This document shows, one piece after another, positions 26,931 through 39,040 of a stretch of 64,000 bases of DNA. Within the stretch, counting starts at the first letter, position 1. Every line of letters starts with the position of its first letter. A program made the position numbers and the translations under genes. The DNA comes from Minisyncoccota bacterium. Its GTDB lineage: Bacteria; Patescibacteriota; Minisyncoccia; Phycocordibacterales; SBAW01. The notes beneath the pieces are model-generated. The model did no database searches. It saw only the letters and a program-made list of their open reading frames with translations, and was not told the DNA's origin. Location of the stretch: assembly GCA_035546615.1 (NCBI GenBank), contig DASZWM010000003.1, positions 64,001 to 128,000 on the forward strand, in the 5' to 3' direction.

Positions 26931-27551
26931 CTACGCGTGCGCGTGATGATGCGCGTGGAGTTTCCGGTATACGTGGGCGTAGGCGATCGTGCTGACCGGA
27001 ACGGTTACGAGAAGCCCCACCATCAGAAGTATCGCGCCCAGCATATTGACCAGGCCGCACAAGAGAAGGAATCCCAGCAGCTTCCATTTTACTCCCCGCG
27101 TCATCGCGCCGCTTTTCTTGAGGCTCTCTTTGACGCCCGCGCCTTCAAGCACCGCGAAGCGCACCATCGAGAAGCGCAGCGACAGGTAGATACCCGGGAT
27201 GATAAGAAGGACAAACCCAAGGAGGATGAGCAGGCCCGCAGCCAGCGAGGCGAGCAGGTACGTCCACACCAGCCGCACGGGCGGAAGTATGTCGGCGTAC
27301 TGCGCGCGCTCCCCTTTTGCTATCTTGAGCATGATAAGGACGAAGCCGACGCCGGCCACGCATTCGGCCGCGAGCACGGCTACAAGGGCGAGCACGCCGA
27401 TAAGCTGGTCCATAAGCGTCGCGGTAACCAGGGCCTGGGCAACCTGGAGCGCGAAGATCGTAAGCATCGCCCCGAAGAGGAGGCCGCTATGCTCCCTGGT
27501 CTTCTGCCAGCCGAACGCGAAGGACTCTTTGATCGAAAAAGCGGATTCCAT
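26931..27551 (-). CDS. integral membrane hypothetical protein with His-rich C-terminus
   Basis: 4-5 TM helices. C-terminal RKLHAHHHAHA. Confidence 0.45.
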   Translation of the reverse strand: MESAFSIKESFAFGWQKTREHSGLLFGAMLTIFALQVAQALVTATLMDQLIGVLALVAVLAAECVAGVGFVLIMLKIAKGERAQYADILPPVRLVWTYLLASLAAGLLILLGFVLLIIPGIYLSLRFSMVRFAVLEGAGVKESLKKSGAMTRGVKWKLLGFLLLCGLVNMLGAILLMVGLLVTVPVSTIAYAHVYRKLHAHHHAHA

Positions 27552-27615
27552 AATGCAAATTTACTTATTAAATTACTTGTACTATAGCACTAATCTTGAT
27601 ATAATTGCATTTCAT

Positions 27616-27687
27616 CGCGGGGTGGAGCAGTAGTAGCTCGCAAGGCTCATAACCTTGAGGTCGCAGGTGCAAGTCCTGCCCCCGCAA
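27616..27687 (+). tRNA. initiator tRNA-fMet (anticodon CAU)
   Basis: Near-identical to E. coli tRNA-fMet at the ends: CGCGGGG...CCCCGCAA with the C1-A72 mismatch. Anticodon loop CUCAUAA. T-arm GCAGG-UGCAAGU-CCUGC. Confidence 0.85.
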
Positions 27688-27694
27688 CAAGCCA

Positions 27695-27737
27695 AAAGTA
27701 AGACACCCCTTCGGGGGTGTCTTACTTTTGCTGCTTT
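27695..27737 (+). terminator. strong intrinsic terminator after tRNA-fMet
   Basis: 16-bp stem AAAAGUAAGACACCCC / GGGGUGUCUUACUUUU with a UUCG loop, followed by U-rich sequence. Confidence 0.7.
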
Positions 27738-27934
27738 TGCGAGGGAAAGAAGCGAACTGCTTCGCTTCTGGCAGGACTTGCAGGCCGGAGCGCGACCTCA
27801 TTTTCTTAGAGGTATTCCTCTTAGAAAATGGAAGTACTCCTGTGGTGTTGTTTTGCACTTGCAAAACCGCGAGGCCGGGCTGCAGCCGAGCCGAGTGACG
27901 ACGAGGCGAGAGCGAAGGCCAAGCCTATTCTCCC

Positions 27935-28585
27935 CTACACAAAATCGAATTCCTCAAAAACCCGCCGATACAAATCGATAGTCGCGTTCGCTTCGCGCTG
28001 CGACAAATGGTAAGTCTCTCCCTGATGCGCGATGTCGTTGCGCACCTTGTGCGCCTTCCATGCCAAGTCGAGTGTCGAGAACTGGAGGGGGTTCGCATCG
28101 CGCAGCTTCTCCCCTATATCCTTGCCCCGATAGCCCTGGGTATTGAGCAGGTCGCCAAGCATGATATCGGCTTCGAGTATGGCACGACGCCAATCGCTCT
28201 CGCTGCCCGAGCTTGACCACTCCCGGATCTTCTCCCAATGCGGGTTCTTGTGCGGATCTTCCGGATGCTCGACCTTGTGTTCGTGCGCTTCCTTCCCGTG
28301 GAACCCTTCGTGCTCGACCGTTACAAGCCGGATGCGGACCCACACCGCCAGCGCAAAGAGGAATACGGTCGCAACCATGCCGATGACGGCGATAAGCCCG
28401 AGGGAGAAAGAGAATCCTGACGCCACATGCGACGCAGTGGCGGCCTGGTCTGCCGGCGTCGCGGAGCCGTCCAAAGGAAAGCCGAAGAACGCAAAGACGG
28501 CATTTACGATATCGAACCCGCGCAAAAGGATGTACTCAATGTTAAGGAAATGGACGTTCTCCATCCGGTTATTGTACCTCGCCAA
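27935..28585 (-). CDS. membrane-anchored protein with C-terminal HEPN-like (DUF4145-type) domain
   Basis: Two N-terminal TM helices, a His-rich linker, and a C-terminal domain containing the Rx4H motif KVRNDIAH characteristic of HEPN/DUF4145 RNase-fold domains. Confidence 0.45.
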   Translation of the reverse strand: MARYNNRMENVHFLNIEYILLRGFDIVNAVFAFFGFPLDGSATPADQAATASHVASGFSFSLGLIAVIGMVATVFLFALAVWVRIRLVTVEHEGFHGKEAHEHKVEHPEDPHKNPHWEKIREWSSSGSESDWRRAILEADIMLGDLLNTQGYRGKDIGEKLRDANPLQFSTLDLAWKAHKVRNDIAHQGETYHLSQREANATIDLYRRVFEEFDFV

Positions 28586-29990
28586 GCAGCAGCTTGCCGA
28601 CGGCGAACAGCCCGGCTTCGTCGCCGTGCGCGCCGGTGAACTGGATGCCTACCGGAAGCTCCTTTCCTTCACGTGCTACCGTCCCCATGGGCAGAGAGAT
28701 GGCGGGATTGCCTGTGAGGTTGGCGGTTACCGTAAAGATATCGAGCAGATACATGGTCAGAGGGTCGGCGGTGTTCTCGCCGAGTTTCGGCGCGGGGGAA
28801 GGAGCCGACGGCGTAACAATGAAGTCAACGCGCTCAAGCGCGGAAGCTACTTCCTTTGAAAGCTGCGCGCGGGCCGCAGTCGCCTTGCCGTAGTACGCAT
28901 CATAATAGCCGGAGGAGAGCACGTACGTGCCGAGCATGATGCGGCGGCGGGCTTCCGGACCGAACCCTTCGCCGCGGGTTTTCGCATAATCCTCCCACAG
29001 GCTGTCGCCCTTGAGCGACAGCCCGTAGCGCACGCCGTCGAAGCGCGCGAGGTTGGTCGATACCTCGGCCGGCATGATCACATAGTAGATCGCGAGCGCC
29101 AGTCCGGCTGAAGGCAGATCGATATCGACGATTTCGTAGCCTTGCGCCCTCAGCTTGTCGAGCGACTCTTCAAAATGCCCGAGCACATCGGCATCCACGC
29201 CTCTTGCCAGAAGCGCGCGGGGCACGCCGATTTTTTTCTTGGATGCGCGCTTTGGGTAGAAATTTTCATCAATTGACGTGCTATCAAGCGGGTCCTTGCC
29301 GCGCATAGCGTTAAAAATGAGCTCGGCGTCGGCCACGCTGCGCGCGAGCGGGCCGGCCTGGTCGAGGCTGCTGCCCATCGCGATGAGTCCCGATCGGGAC
29401 ACGGCTCCGTACGTCGGCTTAAACCCAACCAGGCCGCAGAAGCTCGCGGGCTCGCGAATAGAGCCGCCTGTGTCGGTACCCAATGCGCCCAGCGCCATGT
29501 TCGCGGCGACGGCCGCCGCGGAGCCGCCGGAGGAGCCGCCGGGGACGCGCGAGGTATCGTGGGGATTTTTGGTCGGGCCGTAGGCCGAGTTCTCGGTAGA
29601 GCTGCCGTGAGCGAATTCATCCATGTTGGTGCGGCCCAGGAATACCGCGCCGGCTTCCTTAAGCTTGCGTATGAGCGTCGCGTCGTAGCTTGCGACGTAG
29701 TTCTCGAGAATTTTGGAGGCCGCCGATACGCGCCGCCCTTCTATCAAAATATTGTCCTTTAGCGCGAGCGGTATGCCGAGCAGGGGACCGCTCTCCCCCG
29801 CCCTTCGCCGCTCATCGGCTTTTGCGGCCTGCGCTTCAACATCGTCGAACACTTCCAGGTAGGCGTTAAGCTCGCCGTTGCGCGCCTTGACGTTATCGAG
29901 GCAGGCGCGGGCGAGATCGACCGCCGTTATGTCCCCGGCCGCCAGCTTTTTGCCCGCCTCAAGTATGGAAAGCTCCGCTAGATTATTCAT
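28569..29990 (-). CDS. gatA: Asp-tRNA(Asn)/Glu-tRNA(Gln) amidotransferase subunit A
   Basis: Amidase signature with Ser-cisSer-Lys triad region (GGSSGGSAAAVAA). Confidence 0.9.
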   Translation of the reverse strand: MNNLAELSILEAGKKLAAGDITAVDLARACLDNVKARNGELNAYLEVFDDVEAQAAKADERRRAGESGPLLGIPLALKDNILIEGRRVSAASKILENYVASYDATLIRKLKEAGAVFLGRTNMDEFAHGSSTENSAYGPTKNPHDTSRVPGGSSGGSAAAVAANMALGALGTDTGGSIREPASFCGLVGFKPTYGAVSRSGLIAMGSSLDQAGPLARSVADAELIFNAMRGKDPLDSTSIDENFYPKRASKKKIGVPRALLARGVDADVLGHFEESLDKLRAQGYEIVDIDLPSAGLALAIYYVIMPAEVSTNLARFDGVRYGLSLKGDSLWEDYAKTRGEGFGPEARRRIMLGTYVLSSGYYDAYYGKATAARAQLSKEVASALERVDFIVTPSAPSPAPKLGENTADPLTMYLLDIFTVTANLTGNPAISLPMGTVAREGKELPVGIQFTGAHGDEAGLFAVGKLLLGEVQ

Positions 29991-30282
29991 CTTTCTGTAT
30001 TATCTTGCGGACGACGTTGTACTCGCCTTCGCGCCTGGGAAGGGCCGTCAGGAGCGCCTCGCGCTTTTCCGCCATAGGGTCGCCCCCTTCGCGCGGCATA
30101 TCCGCGCGCATACTATTGCGGTTCTGCGTTGACGCCTCTGCACCCTCGGCCGACACGGAGGCCACTTGCCCCACATAATCGAGGATAGAAGAGATATCCT
30201 TCTGCAAAACGGCGGCTTCACCCTCGCTGAGGGTTAGGCGCGCCAGCTGGGCCAAATTTTGCACCTCGTCCCTCGAAATCAT
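29983..30282 (-). CDS. gatC: Asp/Glu-tRNA amidotransferase subunit C
   Basis: 99 aa. GatC-like N-terminus (MISRDEVQNLAQLARLTLSE). Overlaps the gatA start by 8 nt. Confidence 0.7.
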   Translation of the reverse strand: MISRDEVQNLAQLARLTLSEGEAAVLQKDISSILDYVGQVASVSAEGAEASTQNRNSMRADMPREGGDPMAEKREALLTALPRREGEYNVVRKIIQKDE

Positions 30283-30368
30283 GAGCTTATTGTCTAGCGG
30301 AGCGAGTGAAAAGTAAAGCTTGCTTTCTTTTACGAGCGGAGCGACGACAATATCCGGGCCTTGCCCGG

Positions 30369-32384
<2,016 letters not shown>

Positions 32385-32414
32385 TTAGTGCTTCTTCAGG
32401 CCGGAAGCCAGCCC

Positions 32415-32936
32415 TTAATAATTCACCTGAAGCGCGCGCTCAAGCCGCACCATCCCGCCCGACGCGCAGGTGTTGTAGCCGTGGGACGTGACGGTGGTCC
32501 TCGACGGGTCGCCTGATTTTGCGACCTCCACTTTGGCGCAGGGGCCTGTGGCCGACCCCATGGTTATGGTGAAGGTGGTCGTCGCGGCGGCGCCGGTCTT
32601 CACGATCGGGTCGGGAGACGACCAGAGGGAGCTTATCACCTGGCCGTTGCAGACGATGCTCGAATCTGACGACGGCCACGTGTCTGAAGTGGACGTTCCA
32701 AAGGCGCTCTTGTCCGAATCGGTGTATTTGTTATCCCAATACAGCGCGCATTCCGCGCCGGTATCGGCAGCATAGATGGCATACTGCGACTGCGTGGCGG
32801 TCTGGGACAGCACGAGCTCGCGGGACAGGAGGTCATAAATGGCGAGTCCGACCGCAAGCGCGAGGCTCGACACCAGCACGGCGAAGAAAATGGTAAAGCC
32901 GCGCTTATGCATTCGTATGTGCCGGGGGGTGCGCAT
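32415..32936 (-). CDS. pilin-like/pseudopilin-like protein (degenerate prepilin N-terminus)
   Basis: N-terminus KRGFTIFFAVLV resembles a prepilin leader but lacks Glu at +5. First gene downstream of the pseudopilin run. Confidence 0.4.
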   Translation of the reverse strand: MRTPRHIRMHKRGFTIFFAVLVSSLALAVGLAIYDLLSRELVLSQTATQSQYAIYAADTGAECALYWDNKYTDSDKSAFGTSTSDTWPSSDSSIVCNGQVISSLWSSPDPIVKTGAAATTTFTITMGSATGPCAKVEVAKSGDPSRTTVTSHGYNTCASGGMVRLERALQVNY

Positions 32937-32937
32937 A

Positions 32938-33528
32938 TTATTGCCAGTTGAAGATGTTCTCGGTCACTTTGACAGAGCGGCCGGTTCCGCCCGTATCGCT
33001 CCAGGATACCGTAACGACCAGTTTTTGCTCGTCATCGGAAAGATCGGTCAGGCTGACGGTGCGGGTATAGATGGTGGGCGTGACGGAGGGAGGATTCGCG
33101 GCCGAGTAGGTAAAGCGCCCCTGCGAGGCGTCGTAGTTCAGCGCCGGACAGGTCGAGCCGCAGGTCTGCGGAGTGGCCGGATAATTTCCCGTGGAATCCA
33201 CATAGCAGAGTGCGCTGCCGTTTGCGCTTTTGCATACTGAAAGGTCGGTTCCGGCGGCCGAGCCCCCCGCGCCCGTAAGCCAATCGGCTCCTTTCAGCTT
33301 GTTTGAGTCGCGCACGAAGCGTACGTACTCGACCGCGTCCTGCGCGAGGAAGAACGCGGTCACCTGGTCCTTGGCAACTAGCGCGGTTGTAAGGCTTTTG
33401 CTCGCTATGGTCATAGGGCCCGCTATGGCGGTCGAGAGAATGAGCACGGCCACGAGCATCTCAATGAGCGTGAAGCCCCCGCGGGCCTTCGCGACGAGCC
33501 GCCGCATGTTCTTGGGTTTACTGGTCAT
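32938..33528 (-). CDS. type IV minor pilin / pseudopilin (prepilin-type N-terminal cleavage/methylation domain)
   Basis: Leader ...ARGG|FTLIEMLVAVLIL. Confidence 0.7.
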   Translation of the reverse strand: MTSKPKNMRRLVAKARGGFTLIEMLVAVLILSTAIAGPMTIASKSLTTALVAKDQVTAFFLAQDAVEYVRFVRDSNKLKGADWLTGAGGSAAGTDLSVCKSANGSALCYVDSTGNYPATPQTCGSTCPALNYDASQGRFTYSAANPPSVTPTIYTRTVSLTDLSDDEQKLVVTVSWSDTGGTGRSVKVTENIFNWQ

Positions 33529-34126
33529 ACAGTCGCTGGGTTACTGAGGTCTGGATATTGAATACGGAGCACTGCGCGGGCGTCGCCAGGCAGTCGGCCA
33601 TGGAGGCGGGGTTGCCGCTTATCTTCACAAAGCCGCTCAGGGCTATCGTGATTCGGGCCTGTAGGGTATCCGCGGGAGACGAGCCGACCAGGTAGAATTT
33701 CAAAGAAGTTATGACGACTTCCGGAGCCGTAATCGACAGGTAGCCCGAACCGTCCCCAGTATCGCGCATGATGCAGCCGGCCGTCGCAAGAGCCGACTGG
33801 CCGCAGGGGGCGGCGGTTGTCTCGAACTTGTACTTCGTCCGCGCGCCCGGACTTGCAGCGTCGACGGGATGGAATCCTACCTCCTGCGCGCCGTCGGTGC
33901 AGTCGGTATTCGCTCCGCGGCCGCAATCGTACAGCGTGCCGGTGCGGATGGTGCGCGACATGCTCTCTATGGCGAAGTTGAGGTTGTTCATGACCGTCTT
34001 CAGCGTCTCGGCCTTCTTGTCGGCTGCTGATATCGACAGGAGCGCGCCCATGGAAACGACCATGACGATGGAGAATATCGTCACCGACACCATTATCTCT
34101 ATGAGCGTAAAACCTCCTTTGTTCAT
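33518..34126 (-). CDS. type IV minor pilin / pseudopilin
   Basis: Leader MNKGG|FTLIEIMVSV. Confidence 0.7.
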   Translation of the reverse strand: MNKGGFTLIEIMVSVTIFSIVMVVSMGALLSISAADKKAETLKTVMNNLNFAIESMSRTIRTGTLYDCGRGANTDCTDGAQEVGFHPVDAASPGARTKYKFETTAAPCGQSALATAGCIMRDTGDGSGYLSITAPEVVITSLKFYLVGSSPADTLQARITIALSGFVKISGNPASMADCLATPAQCSVFNIQTSVTQRLYDQ

Positions 34127-34127
34127 A

Positions 34128-34844
34128 TTAGCAGTCTGGGTACACCTTGTTGACCCCGCAAACGATAATTTGACCCGTCGTGGTGACGGTTATTCCGCGC
34201 GTTGTAACGCCGTCAGGCCCGACTATCTGAATATACGCGCTTTTATACGTGCCGCCGGCCGAGGTTGCAAAGAACGCGTCGGGATTGGGGCGCTTGAAAT
34301 AGATCGAAAGCCAGTCCAAAGTCGGCGTACATACTTGCGAGTTCGAGGACGTGGTGGCACAGAACTTCAATATGGAATAGCCCGGCCCGAGCTTGAACTG
34401 CTGCACGTCTTCGTTGCCCGCGTTGGAAGAGCAGAATCCGGTAACCGCCCATCCCGCGCGACAGTGGTCCTTCGTACCGCTGTCGGCGAAAATATAGTAG
34501 TTGCTCGTGCCCTCTCCTTTGTAGAAGAATACCCCGTAGTCGGACGTGAAGCCGCTCGTGGCCGAATCCTGCCGGACGCTCGTGCCGTAGACCTGCGCCT
34601 GGCGCACCGACAGCGCGATGCTGTAGGCCAGGCTGCGCAGCAGGGTCGAACTGTCGAACTTCCGCTGCTGGAGCAGCAGCACCGTGGTCATGATAGTTAT
34701 GATGGCGACCACCACCAGAAGCTCGATGAGCGTGAACCCTCTTCCCTTCCCCAGGAGGCGCCGGAAAGGCTTTTTAAAAAAGGAGCGGGAGTGAGGAGAG
34801 AAAATCGACATGGAAGAATAGTGCGACCAGCGCGCCCAGCACAA
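34128..34844 (-). CDS. type IV minor pilin / pseudopilin
   Basis: Leader ...GKGRG|FTLIELLVVVAII. The true start is probably internal (MSIFSPHS). Overlaps the pilD 3' end. Confidence 0.65.
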   Translation of the reverse strand: MCWARWSHYSSMSIFSPHSRSFFKKPFRRLLGKGRGFTLIELLVVVAIITIMTTVLLLQQRKFDSSTLLRSLAYSIALSVRQAQVYGTSVRQDSATSGFTSDYGVFFYKGEGTSNYYIFADSGTKDHCRAGWAVTGFCSSNAGNEDVQQFKLGPGYSILKFCATTSSNSQVCTPTLDWLSIYFKRPNPDAFFATSAGGTYKSAYIQIVGPDGVTTRGITVTTTGQIIVCGVNKVYPDC

Positions 34845-35574
34845 GGAAGGGCGCGAACGGGAGCTCGCTTCTCATTGTAAGCCCTTTTTTTAGGACGATG
34901 AGCAGTATGCCCACAGCGGCCCCTATCCAGAACGCGAGCATGAGGGCGCTGCCGCCCGCCGCGAGCCCCAGGAACCAGCCGAGACTGAGTTCAAGCGCCC
35001 CGTCGCCCCACCCCATCCACCGCCCGCGCGAGGCGAGCGAAATGAGCGTCAGCGGCAATGCCAGCAAGGGTCCCGCGAGCACCGCCCATATATCTGGACT
35101 TACGAAGTCCAGAATATGGCCCGGAGAACTGAAGGATATGAAGAGAGACGCGAAGGCGAGGATGGCGAGCAGTATGGAGCACGACCAGGGGATGACCGTA
35201 TGGCGAAGGTCGTACACCACGACGAACAGCAGTATCATCCAGACCAAAAGCCAGAATGCGTATGCGAGCGGCAGCGAGTACGAAAGGAATACCAAAAGAG
35301 AGAGGCCCGCGCCGGCCAGCTCGACCAGCGGATACTGCACGCTGATGCGCGCGCTGCAGTAGCGGCACCGGCCGCCGAGGAACACGTACGAGAATACCGG
35401 CACGAGGTCGCTTGCGGCGAGCGTATGGCCGCACTGCATGCATTTGGAGCGGCCGTTTGCTATCGAGCGGCCGGTCCCCCACCGGAAGGACAGCGCGTTT
35501 ATGAAGCTTCCGAATATGGCGCCCAATACCGCCGCGGCGACCGGAAAAAGAAGACTGCTTTGCAAGGCGTCCAT
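34774..35574 (-). CDS. pilD: prepilin peptidase (A24 family)
   Basis: N-terminal Cys cluster (CMQCGH..CRYC) and a polytopic membrane domain with conserved Asp residues. Confidence 0.85.
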   Translation of the reverse strand: MDALQSSLLFPVAAAVLGAIFGSFINALSFRWGTGRSIANGRSKCMQCGHTLAASDLVPVFSYVFLGGRCRYCSARISVQYPLVELAGAGLSLLVFLSYSLPLAYAFWLLVWMILLFVVVYDLRHTVIPWSCSILLAILAFASLFISFSSPGHILDFVSPDIWAVLAGPLLALPLTLISLASRGRWMGWGDGALELSLGWFLGLAAGGSALMLAFWIGAAVGILLIVLKKGLTMRSELPFAPFLVLGALVALFFHVDFLSSLPLLF

Positions 35575-36092
35575 CAGTTATTGGTCACGTCGTAGCACTG
35601 GTCGGGGGTGCCGCCGCCCTGCGTGCAGTCCTTCGTTGGGTAAAAGTCATTGTAGCCGAAACACGCGACCGCTCCGTTCGGCACCGTTCCTCCAAGATCG
35701 TCCGACGGCATAGTCGCGTTTTCCAGAGCCGCGCCGAGATGATATTTCGAAGCGCCGCCGGAACATGCCGTAGTCGCCCCGAACGGGGCATACATATAGC
35801 TCCCTCCTGTCAGCGGATCAGTAGGTATCTTGGAGATGTATCCGCCGTTCACGAGTGCGGTTGCCAGGTTATTGGCGTCAGCGACCTTAGGGTACGACAG
35901 GTTATCATTGTAATAGAGCCCGAGCGCGAGCTGGATATTTTTTATATCACTGATGCGCTTGGCGTCGCGGCCGCTCGCCTTGGCGCCGCTCAATCCCGCT
36001 ATCATGATGCTTGCCAATATGCCGATGATGGCGATTACCACCAGGAGCTCGATGAGCGTAAAGCCGCGCAATCTTGCGGCAATAGTATGCAT
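35574..36092 (-). CDS. type IV pilin (PilA-like)
   Basis: Leader ...RLRG|FTLIELLVVIAIIGILASI. 172 aa. Confidence 0.75.
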   Translation of the reverse strand: MHTIAARLRGFTLIELLVVIAIIGILASIMIAGLSGAKASGRDAKRISDIKNIQLALGLYYNDNLSYPKVADANNLATALVNGGYISKIPTDPLTGGSYMYAPFGATTACSGGASKYHLGAALENATMPSDDLGGTVPNGAVACFGYNDFYPTKDCTQGGGTPDQCYDVTNN

Positions 36093-36164
36093 ACAGCCAG
36101 TATACCCTCAAAAACAAAATCCCCAGCACATGCTGGGGATTTTGTTTTTCCTTTAAAGCGAAGA

Positions 36165-36629
<465 letters not shown>

Positions 36630-36748
36630 AATTATGATAACTATCCGAATTCCTAATAATTGTTAATGGAACGCTAAATTGCGGATGCCTTAAGTATAGC
36701 CTGTTCCTGGGCGGACAAATACGCCGTGTGGATAACACCCCTTCGGGG

Positions 36749-37963
36749 CTAGATGCTCCCGGCGGTGTTGTAGATAGGCAGGAGGACCGACGCAAGGAGG
36801 AAGCCGACGCCGAGCGCCAGCAATATGATAAGCGCGGGCTCGATGAGCGACACAAGCGTGTCCACAGCCGCATTGACCTCGCGGTTGTAGAATTTGGCGA
36901 GACGCTCGAGAATGCTCCCCATCTCCCCCGTTTCCTCGCCTATCTGGAGCATCTGGACCATGATGGCCGGTATCTCGTGCGGATAGCGAGCGAGAGCCTG
37001 CGACATCGGGCTGCCGGCCTTCACCGCCTCAAGCGCCTCCTGCAGTATCCCCTCGTACACGCTGTTGCCCACGACCGATGCGGTTATTTCAAGCGCGCGC
37101 ACGGCGGAAATGCCGGATGAAAGCATGACGTGCATGTTGTCGGCCATGCGGGCAAGGAAGAGCTTCTGGTAGAGGGCGCCGATGTACGGGACCGAGAGCT
37201 GGAGATGGTCGAGCGCAAGCTTGCCCTGCGGGGTGCGCGTAAATTTGACGAGGAAGAAGCCCCCGATGATAAGCGCGATGAGAAGGAAAATGCCGTAATC
37301 GACCAGGAACGAGCTGAACCCGAGCACGAGCGACGTGATGAACGGCAGCTCCTGCCCCGAGTCGGCGATGATTGCGCCTATCTTGGGGATGACCACCGTA
37401 AGCATAAGGGTCATGACCGCTACGAACGTAAGCATGATGAAGCCCGGATAGACCAGGGCGTTGCGGGCCTTGCTGGTGAGCTCGTAGGAGCGGTCGATAT
37501 AGTCGGCCAAAAAGAGGAACGTCTCGTCGAGCTTGCCGGACTCCTCGCCCGCGCGGACCATGTTGACGTAGAAGTCGGAAAATACCTTCGGGTGCTTCGC
37601 CAGCGATTTTGAAATGGAGCTGCCCGCCTGCAGGTCGTCGCTTATTGTGACGAGCACCGTCCGCAGGAAGGGTTTTTCCGCCTGTTCGGCCAGAAGCTTG
37701 AAGACGCGCAAAGCCGAAACCTGCGCCTCGAAGAGCGTCGCTATCTGGCGCGACAGGAGCACGAGGTCGCGGTTGCTGACGCCGCCGAAGAGCGTAATGC
37801 CGCCAATAGAGGCAAGCATCCCCTTGGCGCCGCCGGCATCGAAGGACGTGATAGTGAGGCCGCGCCGCTGAAGCGCCGTGATGGCGGCGTCCTGGCTGGC
37901 GGCGTTTACCACGCCGGAGGTCGGCTTGCCGTTTTGGTCGAGTGCTTCGTATTTGAATTCCAT
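36749..37963 (-). CDS. pilC: type IV pilus inner-membrane platform protein PilC (GspF family)
   Basis: Two T2SSF repeats, 404 aa, 3 TM. Confidence 0.85.
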   Translation of the reverse strand: MEFKYEALDQNGKPTSGVVNAASQDAAITALQRRGLTITSFDAGGAKGMLASIGGITLFGGVSNRDLVLLSRQIATLFEAQVSALRVFKLLAEQAEKPFLRTVLVTISDDLQAGSSISKSLAKHPKVFSDFYVNMVRAGEESGKLDETFLFLADYIDRSYELTSKARNALVYPGFIMLTFVAVMTLMLTVVIPKIGAIIADSGQELPFITSLVLGFSSFLVDYGIFLLIALIIGGFFLVKFTRTPQGKLALDHLQLSVPYIGALYQKLFLARMADNMHVMLSSGISAVRALEITASVVGNSVYEGILQEALEAVKAGSPMSQALARYPHEIPAIMVQMLQIGEETGEMGSILERLAKFYNREVNAAVDTLVSLIEPALIILLALGVGFLLASVLLPIYNTAGSI

Positions 37964-37972
37964 ATATGCAGT

Positions 37973-39037
37973 TTACAGCAATCGCTCCAGGTTCTTGGGG
38001 TTCCCCGAGCGGCTGTACGCGCTCTCGGCCGTTATCTCCCCCATGCGCACCAGCTCGGCCAAGCTGCGATTCATGTCTATCATGCCGTCCTCGCCGCCGG
38101 TCTCGATGACCGTCTGTATCTCGTGCGTGCGCTTCTCGCGGATGAGATTGGCGACCGCGCTGTTGGCGACAAGCAATTCATAGGCCGGGATGAGCCCGCC
38201 GGAGATGCGGGGCACCAGCCGCTGGGAAAATATGCCCGCAAGCGAGCCGGCCAGCTGGATGCGTATCTGCTCCTGCTGGCCCGCCGGGAACGTGTCGATG
38301 ATGCGGTCGATGGTCTGCGACGCGTTGTTGGTGTGCAGGGTCGAGAACACGAGATGGCCGGTTTCGGCGGCGGTCACGGCTGTGGCCATGGTCTCGGGCG
38401 TGCGCATCTCCCCTATCATGAGCACGTTCACGTCCTGTCGAAAAACCGAAGCGAGCGCCGTCTGGAAGTCGGCGGTATCGACGCGCACCTCCCGCTGGTC
38501 GATGAGCGACTTCTTGTTCTCGAAAATATACTCGATAGGGTCCTCTATCGTGATGATGTGCTCGGTGCGCTCGTTGTTTATCTTTTCTATCAAAGCCGCG
38601 AGCGTCGTGGTCTTCCCTTGCCCCACCGGCCCCACCACCAGGAAGAATCCCTGCTCGCGCGCGGTAAAGGACTCAAGCGACGGCGGCAGATTGAGCTCGG
38701 CGATGGTGCGGATCATTCGCGGGATAAGCCTGAGTGCCACGCTTACCTGGCCGCGCTCCACGTACGCGTTGCCGCGGAAGCGCGCCTTCTCGCCGTAGGA
38801 ATATGAAAAGTCGGCTTCCTGCGTCTCCGTGAACGCCTTCATGCGCTCCGGCGATATCATCTCGGCCAAGTAGCCGCGCATGTCCTCGGGAGTGAGTATC
38901 GGTTCGGAAAGAAGCGGCGCCAAGGCGCCGGATACGCGCATGACCGGCTGGATGCCCGCGCCCATGTGGAGGTCGCTTGCTCCTTGGGCTATGAGCTTGT
39001 CTATAAGAGCCGCTAATTTTTCCTTGTACTGGGGCAT
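37973..39037 (-). CDS. pilT: type IV pilus retraction ATPase PilT
   Basis: 354 aa. Walker A GPVGQGKTT. PilT-type hexameric ATPase with no N-terminal GSPII domain. Confidence 0.9.
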   Translation of the reverse strand: MPQYKEKLAALIDKLIAQGASDLHMGAGIQPVMRVSGALAPLLSEPILTPEDMRGYLAEMISPERMKAFTETQEADFSYSYGEKARFRGNAYVERGQVSVALRLIPRMIRTIAELNLPPSLESFTAREQGFFLVVGPVGQGKTTTLAALIEKINNERTEHIITIEDPIEYIFENKKSLIDQREVRVDTADFQTALASVFRQDVNVLMIGEMRTPETMATAVTAAETGHLVFSTLHTNNASQTIDRIIDTFPAGQQEQIRIQLAGSLAGIFSQRLVPRISGGLIPAYELLVANSAVANLIREKRTHEIQTVIETGGEDGMIDMNRSLAELVRMGEITAESAYSRSGNPKNLERLL

Positions 39038-39040
39038 GAG

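Noticed and set aside
27740-27934. SRP RNA / other ncRNA in the 200-nt gap after tRNA-fMet
   Set aside because: Several hairpins are present, but no GGAAGCAGCCAAGGCAG-type domain IV motif or other recognisable ncRNA signature was found.
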